Shown here piece after piece: positions 11,130 through 22,375 of a DNA stretch of 64,000 bases. The notes under the pieces are model-generated. The model saw nothing but the letters and a program-made list of their open reading frames with translations. It was not told the origin of the DNA and ran no database searches. Position numbers and translations under genes: made by a program. The stretch spans positions 668,409-732,408 of the forward strand of contig MU060988.1 of the NCBI GenBank assembly GCA_013265495.1, written 5' to 3'. Source of the stretch: Vicugna vicugna. Lineage: Eukaryota. Positions within the stretch are counted from its first letter, which is position 1. Each line of letters starts with the position of its first letter.

Positions 11130-11740
11130 AACCGGAGAGGATGAAAGCGACCTTCGACTCTGAAACGCTGACGAAGGAAACCAAACGTTCAGCCGAAGGG
11201 CTGGAAGATAAAATGGAGGCGGGTTCCTGAGACTTGAACAATGTGACAGAGACGAAAACAGGGACAGGAAAGATAAGAGAGCTGGAAGATGGTTCAGGAG
11301 ACCCCGATCCGACTGCTGGAGCTGCAGGAGAGAGTGAAAAAACGTAAGGGATCATCAGAGGAATAATAGAAACATGTCCAGAACAACAACAAAAAGCCCA
11401 CGGGCTCACAGCATGGAAGCGCCCAGCAGTGCAGTGAATGAACAAAGACCGAGGTACCAGGCACGCCGTGGTGCGATGCGAGAGTCCCGGGGGACAGCTG
11501 CAGATCCCGAAAGCTCCCGGAGAGGAACCAGGCCCCGTACAATCACGCTGACACCCAGGAGGCGGCAAAACGCCTTTAAGATCCCCAGAAGAGCATGATT
11601 TCTCATGCAGAGTCTTAGACGGAGCCCAATTACCAACCAGGAGCACGGCACAGAAAACGTCTCGACCACGGAAGGTCTTCACCCTTAGCTCGCTTGCAGT
11701 CCTTCTCAGAAAGCTGCTGACGATCAGGCTCCACGGGGAC
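11130..11740 (+). mobile_element. HAL1 / L1 ORF1-like degraded fragment (possible 3' tail relic to ~12330)
   Basis: Purine-rich + strand with ORF1-like remnants (GLEDKME; GKIRELEDGS; NEQRPR; AFKI) and the end motif CCTTCTCAGAAAGCTGCTG. Broken by frameshifts and stops. Confidence 0.55.
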
Positions 11741-13582
11741 GAGGGCGCCATCTCCCCGGTCTTCCCAAGAAGAAAGGGGAGCTGGGGGCAGGAGATGGGG
11801 CGCGCTACGTGGAAGCGGGGCGCAGGAGAGACCCGCGGGTCTGTGTGCTGAAAGTGAGGGTAACGGGCCCGGCAGAGCCTGAGGATGGGCTAGGAACACA
11901 GACAGAGACACAAATGGCGCCCACGCCCTCCAAACGAAGCAGCCACTGACCCCCGGGAAGGCAAGCCGGGAACCTTGAACGGGAACGTAATCCAAGTGAA
12001 CTCGTCACGGTCCAGCTGTGGGCAGCACTGACAGGGCATGGGTAGCAAAACCCGAGGAGGGTCCCTGCCGGGAGGCGGGGGAGCAGCGAGAGGAGGGGAC
12101 CCAGGGAGCCCCACTCCCCATCCTCTACGGTAAAGAAGCGCCTGAAACCCCAAAGGCAGGAAATACAGGTACAAGCACCTTGAAGGGAAAAATGCCTAAA
12201 ACGGCTAACACAGTGACAGCTCGCTGTCTCAGGGACAAAGGGACAGGCCCGGAGCTGCTGCTTGTTCTCGTAAGAACGACGTCACTTTAAAACCATGTGC
12301 ATTAATTGCTCTCATAAAAATTAGTGAAATTTAAAAAAGAAATCAGCGCTTTGATTCCTTGCAGCCTGGAGGCCAGCAGCTCAGCGGGTGAAGCAGCCGC
12401 GAACACGGGCCCCTGCAGGCAGCCCCCGCCGAGGATGGAGCACAGCGAGGTGCGTCCACGCACCACACTGGGGCTCACACGCTTCTGCAGAAGCAGAATT
12501 GCTCACCAAGCGGCCGACGTGCCTGAGCAGAACAGGAGTTGCATAAAATGCCTCTCCAAGGGCGCCTGACGAGGGGACCTGGCCTCCCGCCCCTCCTGTG
12601 CATTGTGCACCCCCCCACCCCCAGCCACAGGATGCACTCAACACCTTTGCGTGTGCTGGTCCCACCTCCTGAACATCCCCCCGCCCCAGGACCTCCTGGT
12701 GGCTGGCTCCTTCCCGCAGGCACCTGGCCTCAAGGCCACCTCCTCCCAGGCTGCCCACCCCACCCCCATCCGCCTCCTGTTTTATTTTCTTTATGGCATG
12801 AATAGTCTTGAAAATGCTCAGTGATGTGGTCCACTGTAGGGCAGGGCAGACAGAGGGAAAGGCAAACATCCCAGTTAGAAGACGAAGGCCGGAGCTGGAG
12901 AGAAGCCAGGCGAGGCCTCAGGGGCAGAGTTTCACAACACAGCACCCAGGGCGAACGGAGCTCGTAAAGGCATTCACGGCCACAGCTCCGGGACAGGCCG
13001 AGCTGCCCTGACGAACGTGCCAAGCGAGTGTCCGCGGATGCCCGGCGGAGGGGCCCGTCTCCCTCTGGGACCTGAGGGAAGGGCTGCCGTTCACGTGGGC
13101 CGCTCAGGCTGGTTTGGGTCACAACAGAAACATTCCTCTTAACCACCTTAAGCCTGGACCCACCCAGACATTGCGGTTCAGGAGCCGGGCGGTGTTGAAC
13201 CGGCTGGGTGGCCGCTCACCCCCGGCCATTCGCAAGCCCGCCCTGCCCACGGCAACCGGGGGGAGGACGGGCTGAGTCCTTGCAGGGGCACATGCAGGCC
13301 TCCCAGCGTGGGTTTCACCCAGCTCTGAACTGTCTTCATCTCATCAGCAGATGCCAGATGCCTGATGGCCACGACCGGACCCTGCCTCTCGTCCCTAAAC
13401 GGTCTTTAAAAAAGTCCACACGAACAGCCCAAGGTCAGGAGAGTCCCCTCCGGGGAGGGGTGTGGGGGCTGCACATTTTGCCTTATGACATTGGAAGGGT
13501 TTGACACTCGTTCTTCTCCGAGAAGTAGGCATTGCTTTGTGTGATGGAAAACTGCTAAGCAAAGCACGCAGCACACTCACTC

Positions 13583-13604
13583 CACACACACACACACACA
13601 CACA
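13583..13604 (+). repeat. (CA)11 microsatellite
   Basis: Read directly. Confidence 0.95.
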
Positions 13605-14024
13605 GCCACTGTGCACTCAACCGGGAACCCTGGCGCGGCGATCACTGACAGGACGTCACGCTAAGAATCGAAGCCTAAACGTTCAAATGGAAACAACTGG
13701 ACAAAGCGCCCATCCTGCTGGCTTCCGCGGGAGCTGAGGGTCGGGAGTGTGCACTTAGCCTCCTGCACGTGAAAGTGTCACACTGAGACGGGAGCCCATT
13801 AGAAAGACGGGGTCACACGATGTCACACCCATTACCCACACGTAATTGCACCGGTTCAGGAGGAGCGCACGATCCCACTTTAACTGCCAGGAGGGGGGAA
13901 CCCAGAGGGTCTCCGAGCCCATCACTCAGAGGCCTGTCGGGGCCTGTCACACAGCAGCTGTCCCCTCAAGTGGCCCTGAATTAAGTCGGGGGTCGGGGCA
14001 GAGGAAACAGGGCAACGGCTGTTA

Positions 14025-14305
14025 CATGCCCCACATGTATCGTGTGCCTGTTTCAGGTCCATACACGTATGTGTGCACCTGTACTTGTGTGCATGTATCA
14101 GACCGAGTGTGCACACATGCACCTGTGTGTGCATTTGTACCTGTGAGCATGTTCGTGTAAGTGTACACTCGTGTGCAAACATGTATCTGTGTGTGTTTAT
14201 ACATCTACAGGTATGTGTGTACGTGTGTACCCGTGTCTGCTTACGCGTGTCTATGTGTATTATGTGTACATACATGTGCATGCACGCCTGAGCCATGTGT
14301 GTGCT
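14025..14305 (+). repeat. Degenerate TG/TA/CA low-complexity tract (~280 bp)
   Basis: Alternating purine-pyrimidine sequence, e.g. TGTGTGCACCTGTACTTGTGTGCATGTATC...TGTGTACATACATGTGCATGCAC. Confidence 0.85.
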
Positions 14306-15714
14306 CGTTAAGGCACAAAAATTCCGATCGAGCACTGCAGCCCTAGATGTGACTGGTGACCAGAGGCTGGGGCCCTATATGGCAGGCACCACGGACGGAG
14401 GGTGCTATCTGGGGTCTGTCGCACCCTCCCCACACCTTGGCTTCCCTTTCTGGGACCGGCTGCCTGTGGCAGCAGGGGCGGGTCACAGAGGGGAACCGCT
14501 CACTACCACGTGTAAGGTGCCAGTGCTTCGGTCAACAACAGGATGCTAGACCAATGTTAAACAGTGCCCTCGCTGGCGTCCCCGGGGAACCCACGAAAGG
14601 GGAGCCTGGTGACAGCCGTCGACAACTGCTGGGGGCCTGTTCTGGCTTCCTGTCTGCCGGGTTTGCCCAGACGGGGCAGGTGAAGCCCCACGCACCCTCC
14701 AGGCCCTGTGGCCAGCAGAGCAGAAGACACACACCTGACCATGCCATCCCCTCCCAGCCAGGGGCAGACGGCACAGCGGCTACCCTGAGACCATGCCCTG
14801 CCACGCCGACGTCCCCGCCTCCAGGCTGCCCCCGACCCCCGGCTGTGGTGCTAATGCCACCACCTTCCCAAACGGCCTTGTCCCCTCAGGAATCAGAAAA
14901 GGTTTCAGGAGCTCTCTGCGTCTCACACACACACGACAAATAGTTCATTGTTTCAACTCCAGTTTCCCCAGAACTTAGAACTGATCCCAGGAGCAGCAGG
15001 GGCCATGCGCAGCCTTGGACTTGAGTCCAGCTGGACCCCTCGCCCCCCTACCGACACACCGCCAACAGAAGAGCATGCAGGACGCCGGCCTTCCCCGCCG
15101 GTGGCCCCGCAGGGGCAAAGAAGCCAGGACGTTGCGACACGCCTTACCCCTCCTGCCCACACCCAAACCCGGGCACGTGTGTGCCACGCGCGCCGATGGG
15201 GGCCGGGAAGGAGGCAGAGGGCGGCGGGGTGACAGACGCACATACCAAATAATCAGCAGTCGGTCAGCAGGGACAACGGACAGTGCTGAGAAGGGGGCAC
15301 ACCACCCGCGCACCATCACCCTTCGCACACGGACACTCACCACCGTCTCTTTCCAGAGGGCGTGCGGCACCTGCGCAGGGCGGGTGCATGTGTCCCTGAG
15401 CCCGGACAGCCTAGCGCTGCGGAATATAACACAAGCCCCCTCCCCGGCCTGACTTTTCCTGCCGCCCGCCCCAGGGAGGAATGCGTGAGGTCAGGGGCTG
15501 CTGGTGTCACGGGGAGCTCGGCCCCAGATTCACCCCCAGGCACGTTCCCCAAGGGCAGGAGGACACGGTGCGCCAGGGCAATACTTGAAATGCCACTGAA
15601 ATTGGTGCTTAGGGCTCCAGTTTGACCTGTGCAGAGGGCAGACGTAGGTAAAGGGCACTGCTGAAAAGTCTGGCCTTGTCTGGAATTTATTTGCATTCTT
15701 AATTTTCTTTTTAC

Positions 15715-15765
15715 CTTATGTAACTCTCCTACTTTCAACAGCAAGTCCAAGCAGGCTTAGCTCTG
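15715..15765 (-). other. Candidate non-coding exon A (48 or 51 nt, NAGNAG acceptor)
   Basis: ttttaattcacatttccttatTAGCAG acceptor and AG|GTAAAA donor at 15714; no ATG; sits in an AT-rich island. Splice-signal evidence only. Confidence 0.35.
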
Positions 15766-16139
15766 CTAATAAGGAAATGTGAATTAAAATAAAGTGCCTG
15801 ATTACCCCCCCACGAGGGAACGAGAAAATTTAAAAGACTGATTGATGCTAGCGGCGCTGGTGAAGGGGTCGGGTGGAGGATTTCTGAAGGCGATTCTGAA
15901 TTTCCAAATCGTTCCTACTACCTAGCGACTCTCGGCAGTCATCCTACAGAAAGCCCGGCGTGCAAAGCCACATGGACGAGGCTGCACCTCCATCGGGGGC
16001 TGGTTAACAGACACGTGCAGGGGACCGAGCCACGTGTGCGAGATTCGCCAGGGAGCACACGGCAGCCCGGCCGCACGGAAAGGCAGGTGCAGGGCGGGCA
16101 GCAGGCCGGGATGGCCCACGTGCGTCCAGGGAGGAGGTC

Positions 16140-16192
16140 CACACACACACACACACAGACACACACAGACACAGACAGACACAGACGCAGAC
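16140..16192 (+). repeat. Compound (CA)n/(CAGA)n microsatellite
   Basis: CACACACACACACACACAGACACACACAGACACAGACAGACACAGACGCAGAC. Confidence 0.9.
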
Positions 16193-17528
16193 CCGACTGC
16201 TAACAGTGACCATCTCTGGGCGGGGAGAACGGCCAGGGGACTCAATTTTTACGTTTGTTTTTAAAACAATGAGTTGCCCTTTCTATCGCTTTGCAAAAAA
16301 TATTTAATACGTTAACAATGCACGTCTCCTCTCTACTCAAGTCGGTGGACAAATCTCACACGCAGCGTGCTGCCCTGTGGGGCGGGTGCGGTGGTCCCCG
16401 CGCCTGCCCACCTCTCGGTGTCAGCGTCTGTTCCAGTCGAGTCTCTGCCCCTAGCGTTCACATAAAAATGAGAAGTGGCCTCCTTTCCTGCACGCACTTC
16501 GTGCTTTTTATGACCACAGAGTAACAGGAGAGCCCACCCTCTTCGCTTTAACCTGGGAACCGTCTCAACTCAACACAGTACTGAACAGAAGCAAGCAGCC
16601 TTGCTTTCAATTCCCTTACAGCCGAGGATTCCAAACTACGTCTTGAAAATAAAGGGCTCAGCCAACAAAATCCAAAGACACACGATCCGGGGGGAGGGGG
16701 TAACTAGGAAAAAAAACTTGTAACACAGATGCCAGGGACTGGAGTTCCTGATTAGAGCAGAAAGAAAAGATCTAACAGATCACAGAGCCCTGGCCCCAAA
16801 GAGCAGGTAACCGAGCACACACATGTACAGAACCAGCCAACAACACGGGAAGGGCTTTGTAACCCTGGAAGTGGAGCCGTGCTCCTTACAGACGCCCCCT
16901 AAGCTGGCATGACAGGCCCCTGGGACTGCCGCGCACACGGACACCAACGACTAGTCTGGCAGCGGGCGAGTGGAGGGGCGGGCAGGAGTGACAGCCCCAC
17001 CCGCCCACGCACGGCACACGCGTGCCAGCAAAGGGTGGAGGGGAGATGGTGGCTTGCCTTTTGTTTATACAAATTAAACTGGCCTTTCTCTTCCCTCTAA
17101 AGCTGGAAAACCATGGTTGACCAGGTATCAATTGGCCAAAATTAAGATTAATCATAAAATGATTCAAATCCCAGGCAGGGGGTGACATGGAGAGCCTCTC
17201 TTTCCCATCAGACCTCACCGATGACCCCCCTGCTCCCCCAAAAGAGAAGACGGAGCATCTCGTCCCTAGACTGGGGCCTGCAGCCTAGGAAGAGGGCAGG
17301 GGAAGAGTCGGGGGCAGAACGGCAGTGCGGCAGGGAAGGAAAAACAGGCAGTGCTCCTACTGCCCTGTGGACTTTCCCCCAAGCCAGCCCCGAGGGACGA
17401 GGGACGGTGGCCAGGTCCCGCCCTCCGCAGGGGCCAAGCACCGACCTTCCGCTGGACCCCACTGAGGCTTCTACAAAGTGTCAGCTTAGCCAAGCTGCGA
17501 GGCAGACTGAGAAACAAAGTGATTTTAC

Positions 17529-17593
17529 CTGTATCTTGTGCTTCTCAGATCTTCCCAACTGTTTCTAGAAAGGAGTCTTCAGAAATCTTGGCT
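17529..17593 (-). other. Candidate non-coding exon B (65 nt)
   Basis: Acceptor ccttgttcctcattattttcAG at 17595-17594, donor CAG|GTAAAA at 17528; purine-rich body; no ATG. Splice-signal evidence only. Confidence 0.5.
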
Positions 17594-19869
17594 CTGAAAA
17601 TAATGAGGAACAAGGATATTTAAACACTTAAACTGTCTGTCCACATAAACTCAACAAGACTGCTGGAAAGGCCCCGAAAAGAAACCCTTCCTTAACTTCT
17701 GGACCTCCGGCAGCACACGCTCATCTGTGCATTTATGCAAACTGGAGGTGGGGGGGTGTGTGAAATCCTGCGCCCACGAACAAAGGAAGTGCAACCCGTC
17801 GGTCACCCAGGTGCCGGAGCTGCTCCCCAGCCACTGACCGCCACCACTTCCCTGCCGAGGGAGCCGTTCAAATGCGAGCCGGGGTCACTGTCAGCTGAGA
17901 GTCTGTTAGTCACAAAAGCATCACCGACTTGTCTACTGGCCTCAGATACGCGGCCTTTAGAGCCCACTGCCGTTGAGATCCAAGGGCGCAAGGCACAAGG
18001 GAGAAGAGATGCAGGTGACGCGCTCACAAGATGATTTCCTCAAGAACCCACTTACAACTCCCTCTTCCTTTGTTTCTGGTTGTTTTTAAGCCAAACAGAA
18101 GAGTTTCCACACTGGTGTAGCAAGTTCCTGCAGGGTATTTGTCACCCCCTCCCAGTGCAGGATGGAGCCCTCAAACACAGGTCCCTGAGTCTAGTAAGAT
18201 CACAGACTATCAGACCACGGGTCAGAACTGAACCACCAGAGGCCACCAGCAGGGCTGATGAAGGTTTAGAGGCTGGTTATCAATGGGCGCTGACACCTCT
18301 GATGACTGCAAATGGTTCAACATACTTTTTAAGCCTCAGAGTCAAATTCCAGCATTTTTTGTGGGTGGAATATTTTTTTTGCTTTTGCTTTAAGGGCTTA
18401 GACAATTTTTGCCATTTTTCCGAAGACAGCCGAGCAGTGGCAGATGCTCCCTGGAAACACGGCTGACGCCCCGTCTCTCCCACAGCCCCGGGGGCAGTGG
18501 GACCAGCGTGCCTGCAGCACACAAACCAGCCGGTACTCCACTCGCCCACGTCCACCCACGCGCACGCCTTCCAGGGCCACCCACAGCCCCTCGGTGCCCA
18601 GCAGGTCCCCTGAACCCTAAGCAAACAGCTCGAGGCACCAGATGTGACCTCAAGGTGACAGGCAGAAGTGGGTGGGCTGCACCAGGCGCCACTGTGCTGT
18701 GCAGCCCGAGGCTGGTTCTGGGTCCTTCCCACACAGCGGCTGCTTCTGACGGCCAGTGCGAGGGCAAAAATATCTTCAGGTGAGCAAGCAGGGAAGTGTC
18801 CCGGACAAGGTCATACCCACCAGGACCCGGAACCGATGTCTCCTGTTACAACGCTGGGCGAGGGGTCGGCACAACCGCTGGGCAGGCGATGGGCAAACCA
18901 GACGACCTGTTCACACGGGGCTCCCCTACCACGGGGCACGGGGGCGCCTGGGGGCTGCCGGAAACACTTCGGGGAAAAAGAAGTGGGTCTCCCGTGAGTA
19001 ACAGGTTGAGGTAAACAATGCGAATGCCAAGAATTTTAAAACCAAAGAACGCCTTTCTTCTAGAAATTCAGTAAGTCTTTGTCACTCTAATAAATAAAAG
19101 CCTGGAGCGGCCTGTTCTGTGGTTGGACAAGGCGTGCATCGCAGTCGCCCTGACTTCATGGTGCTGAGCAACAGGGGCAGCAGGTTAGGGGGTCTGCGTG
19201 CGCGTCTTCAGCTTGACCCCCTCCCACAAGGCACCGGGACACCAGCGTCCCCCACTCCCCTCCGCTTTCTGCCTTCAAGCCACATCTTCACATCTACCCC
19301 CCATCAAAGAGCTTCTAGCCCCAAGGCTCCTGAGTGAAGACACACTTCTGGCTCAGCCGACCGCGAGGCCCCGGGGGCCCCCAGCTGTCTGTACCCTTTA
19401 CCGCGGCAATTTTTCCTCTCCTTTCCCAACATAAAAACCCACAAGCTATAATTAGTTATCACACAATGAAGAATGCAAAAGAGGTGCTCTGTGTGCAATT
19501 ACGAATCAGATCAGTCTGTGCATCTCCTTCAGGTATGCATACCTGCTTATCACGGACCGCAGCGGTCCACTTGCCAAAGAAGTGAATGACACTGCCCAGA
19601 AGAGAGAGGTGCCTCCCTCTCATGCAGGAGAAATCCGGTCTTCACCGCCCCCCACCACACCTCCAACCCGGCAGGGAGCGTGGGAGCCCTAGTGCCCAGG
19701 CCCTGACGCCAGCTGTCGCATGACCGTTTAAGGCAACAGCGCAGGGCCCAGGTGAAGGGGGCCTGCGTCCTGCTTACATTCTGCAAATGTGACCTCGCCT
19801 TCCCAAGGCCCCTTGCCTCAGCAGTAGCCCGACGCTCTCCAGCACGTGGAGAAGACACAGGTGGTGTGG

Positions 19870-20070
19870 GGCCGGGTGTGGGACTCTGTGGTCAGAACCG
19901 CCTGGGTTCCGGGCCCAGCTTCTCCATTTTCCAGCTGTGTGACCCTGGGGAAGTTCCTGCGCTTTTCTGTGCCTCTGCTTCCTCATCCAGGAAATGGGGA
20001 TAATAGTGCCTACCTCACGTTAAGTTCCACGAGTGACCCATGCAAACAGCTTAGAGCTAGGGAGCACCAA
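19870..20070 (+). mobile_element. MIR SINE
   Basis: CTGGGTTCCGGGCCCAGCTTCTCC...AGCTGTGTGACCCTGGGGAAGTTCCTG...TCTGTGCCTCTGCTTCCTCATCCAGGAAATGGGGATAATAGTGCCTACCTCA is the MIR core. Confidence 0.75.
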
Positions 20071-20729
20071 ACACCGACGATGACTCTTCCACCTGCGAAG
20101 TGGAGCCAGCCACACCTAACCTGACTTCCGTACCTTGCCAGACACAGACGCCAGGGTCTGGCCCCCAGCAGGTGTGAGCACACTTCCAGCCCCTGTGATG
20201 ACCGGGGGCCCCCACCAGCCCCCTCCTCTCAGGGAAGCCAGAGCTCAGCCCCTGGGTTTGCCCGGGGCCACCTCCACGCTCTGCTGGGAACAGGGGCCTT
20301 GCCTCTGCGGTTGCAGATGGGGAGGGGGCCCCAGGCCCCACCTGCTGGACCTCCTCACTTCCGCCCAGAAGCCCACCCTGAGGAGCCCGAGCAATGGGGA
20401 GATGCCAGCAGCACCCACCCACGCGCCCTGTCTGGGGCGGGCCTGCACACCAGCGCAGGACACTGATCTGCATCTCTGAGGAGGGCCGCGTGAGGCAGGC
20501 TGGCTATCACACACTGAGATGTGGGGCTGGGGGCACGCGCTGGGGCAACCAAGCTTTCTGGGAGCCACTGGGTGACACCTGCCAAGATTCCACGTCCAGA
20601 CCCTCTGACCCAGCAGTCCTCCTTCAGGAGTTCAGTTGGGCACAACCCCACGTGTATAAGATGCCCAAGTATGAGGCTGCTGACAGGAAAGTCCGGGAAA
20701 CACCTGGTCTACCTGTGTGCGTGCAGACC

Positions 20730-20900
20730 TGTGTATGTGGAAACTGATTTGTATACCAGCTATGGCACAGCTGTAGGACGGAATACTATGCAGCTGTTAA
20801 AAAGGTGGCCGCTGAGCTAAAAAGAGGTCCAAGATACTCAGTTCCATTAAAAGTAAGGTTCCCAATGGTGTTATGATGTGCTCCTATTTGTGTAGGCACC
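20730..20900 (+). mobile_element. L1ME-like 3' end relic
   Basis: GGACGGAATACTATGCAGCTGTTAAAAAG and the following sequence resemble the old L1 3' terminal motif. Confidence 0.5.
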
Positions 20901-22099
20901 ATTTCCGTGTTCACATAATTTAATCAAAACTATTTTTAGATCTGCATTTAATCAAAGATCTGTTGGCAGTGACCAACCACAGTGGCTTTGGTCTGGGGTA
21001 GGAGCATGTTTCTCTTTCACTACTTGAGTTCTTTCGATTGGATTCTTACCTTAAGCATGTGGTTTCCTAGTTAAAATACTTGAAATCTAATATTAAAAGT
21101 AAAGTATATTAAATGTAAAAAGTTTGGAAAACAAAAGGCCTGAGAAGAAAAATGGGAGGGTAATTTCAAAAAACAGGTTACCATAACTATTAACATACGA
21201 TTCCCCTTTCTGAAATTTACTAAACGTATTTCATCCAAATGGAAATTTTTAAGAACAGCTGACAGATTTTACATCATTTCTGGCTGTTGTGACATTTTGT
21301 TAGAACTGCTTCTCCTAAGAAAACTCAGACATAGAGGAAAGCACTTCTGTTTAGGTTGAGTACAGGAGACCCCAACCCCAGCGCAGGGCCTGGGGGAGGG
21401 CAGGCTGAAAAGACTCCACGGTGCCCCGGGAAGTAGGGGAGGCAGGCTCGCAGCCACACGGCAGGAGGAACAGAGACCTGGAAGTCCCAGAAAGAAGGAA
21501 GGACCTGTCGCCTGTGGGCTGCCGGAGGCGAGGGCGGGCCCCCGAGTGAACTGTGCCCCAGGAGTCCCTGCACGTGGCACCGTCCCACGTGGTCCAGGGC
21601 TCCCAGGCACCGACTCGTGGCTGTGTGACGCTCCAGAGTCAAATATGATACTGTTGGACGTTCAGATCATTGCCAGTTTCCCACTTAAAATTCATCTTTA
21701 AAGACTGATTTTAACAACCAGCAAAACTTGAGCAAGAAGCCCTTCTTTCTAGAATGGAGAGCCTACACGCAGAGGTCTGGGTGCCACACAGAGGACACCG
21801 TGAGATGGTCATAAGTCCCTGTCCTCACACACGGTGGGGGGGGGCAGGAAACAGGCCCAGAACACTTGCTCGTCACGCCCACAGGCTTGCTTCCTTCTAC
21901 TGGGAAACACTGCGCAGAACTTCCATGACTCACGGCCATTTGACTCACTGCTACGTTTTCCATTAGTTGGGGTCTTTTCGAAAAGGCCTAATTTTCTCTG
22001 CTATGAAACACAGTCAATGTCTAAAACTTTTTAAATACTTTTTCCAAGCCAATTAGATGCCTTAATTCAGTCCACGTTTATTCTCCCCCTAATGGGGGA

Positions 22100-22375
22100 G
22101 GCAGCAAAGTGTGGTGGCCAGAGTGCGGGCTCTGAGGCCAGCCTGCCTGGGCTCAGATCTGGGGCGGCCACTTCTCAGCTGTGTGACCTAGAACAGGTCC
22201 CTCCCCTCCGGCTGCTCCCTCAGCTCCTCCCCCAGCTGCTCCCTCAGCCCCTCCACCTCCCCAGCTCCTCTCCGGGAGAGGAGATGATGCACCCACCTCC
22301 GGGGAGGGAGCAGCATGAATGAGGAGCTGTCAAGCACATCCGTGTGCTGCAGGAGTGGACACTAAATAAATGCTA
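22100..22375 (+). mobile_element. MIR relic interrupted by a CT-rich expansion (~22200-22275)
   Basis: AGAGTGCGGGCTCTGAGGCCAGCCTGCCTGGGCTCAGATCT...GCTGTGTGACCTAG (MIR 5' core), then GCTGCTCCCTCAGC repeats, then a MIR-like tail ending ACTAAATAAATG. Confidence 0.55.

Noticed and set aside
11119-11751. 210-aa minus-strand ORF
   Set aside because: It is the antisense reading of a purine-rich HAL1/L1 ORF1 relic.
19011-19020. GTAAACAATG forkhead/SOX composite
   Set aside because: An isolated short motif, expected by chance in 64 kb.
21272-21316. Possible ~45-nt minus-strand exon
   Set aside because: Reasonable acceptor but weak donor (GAT|GTAAAA), next to L1-derived AT-rich sequence.
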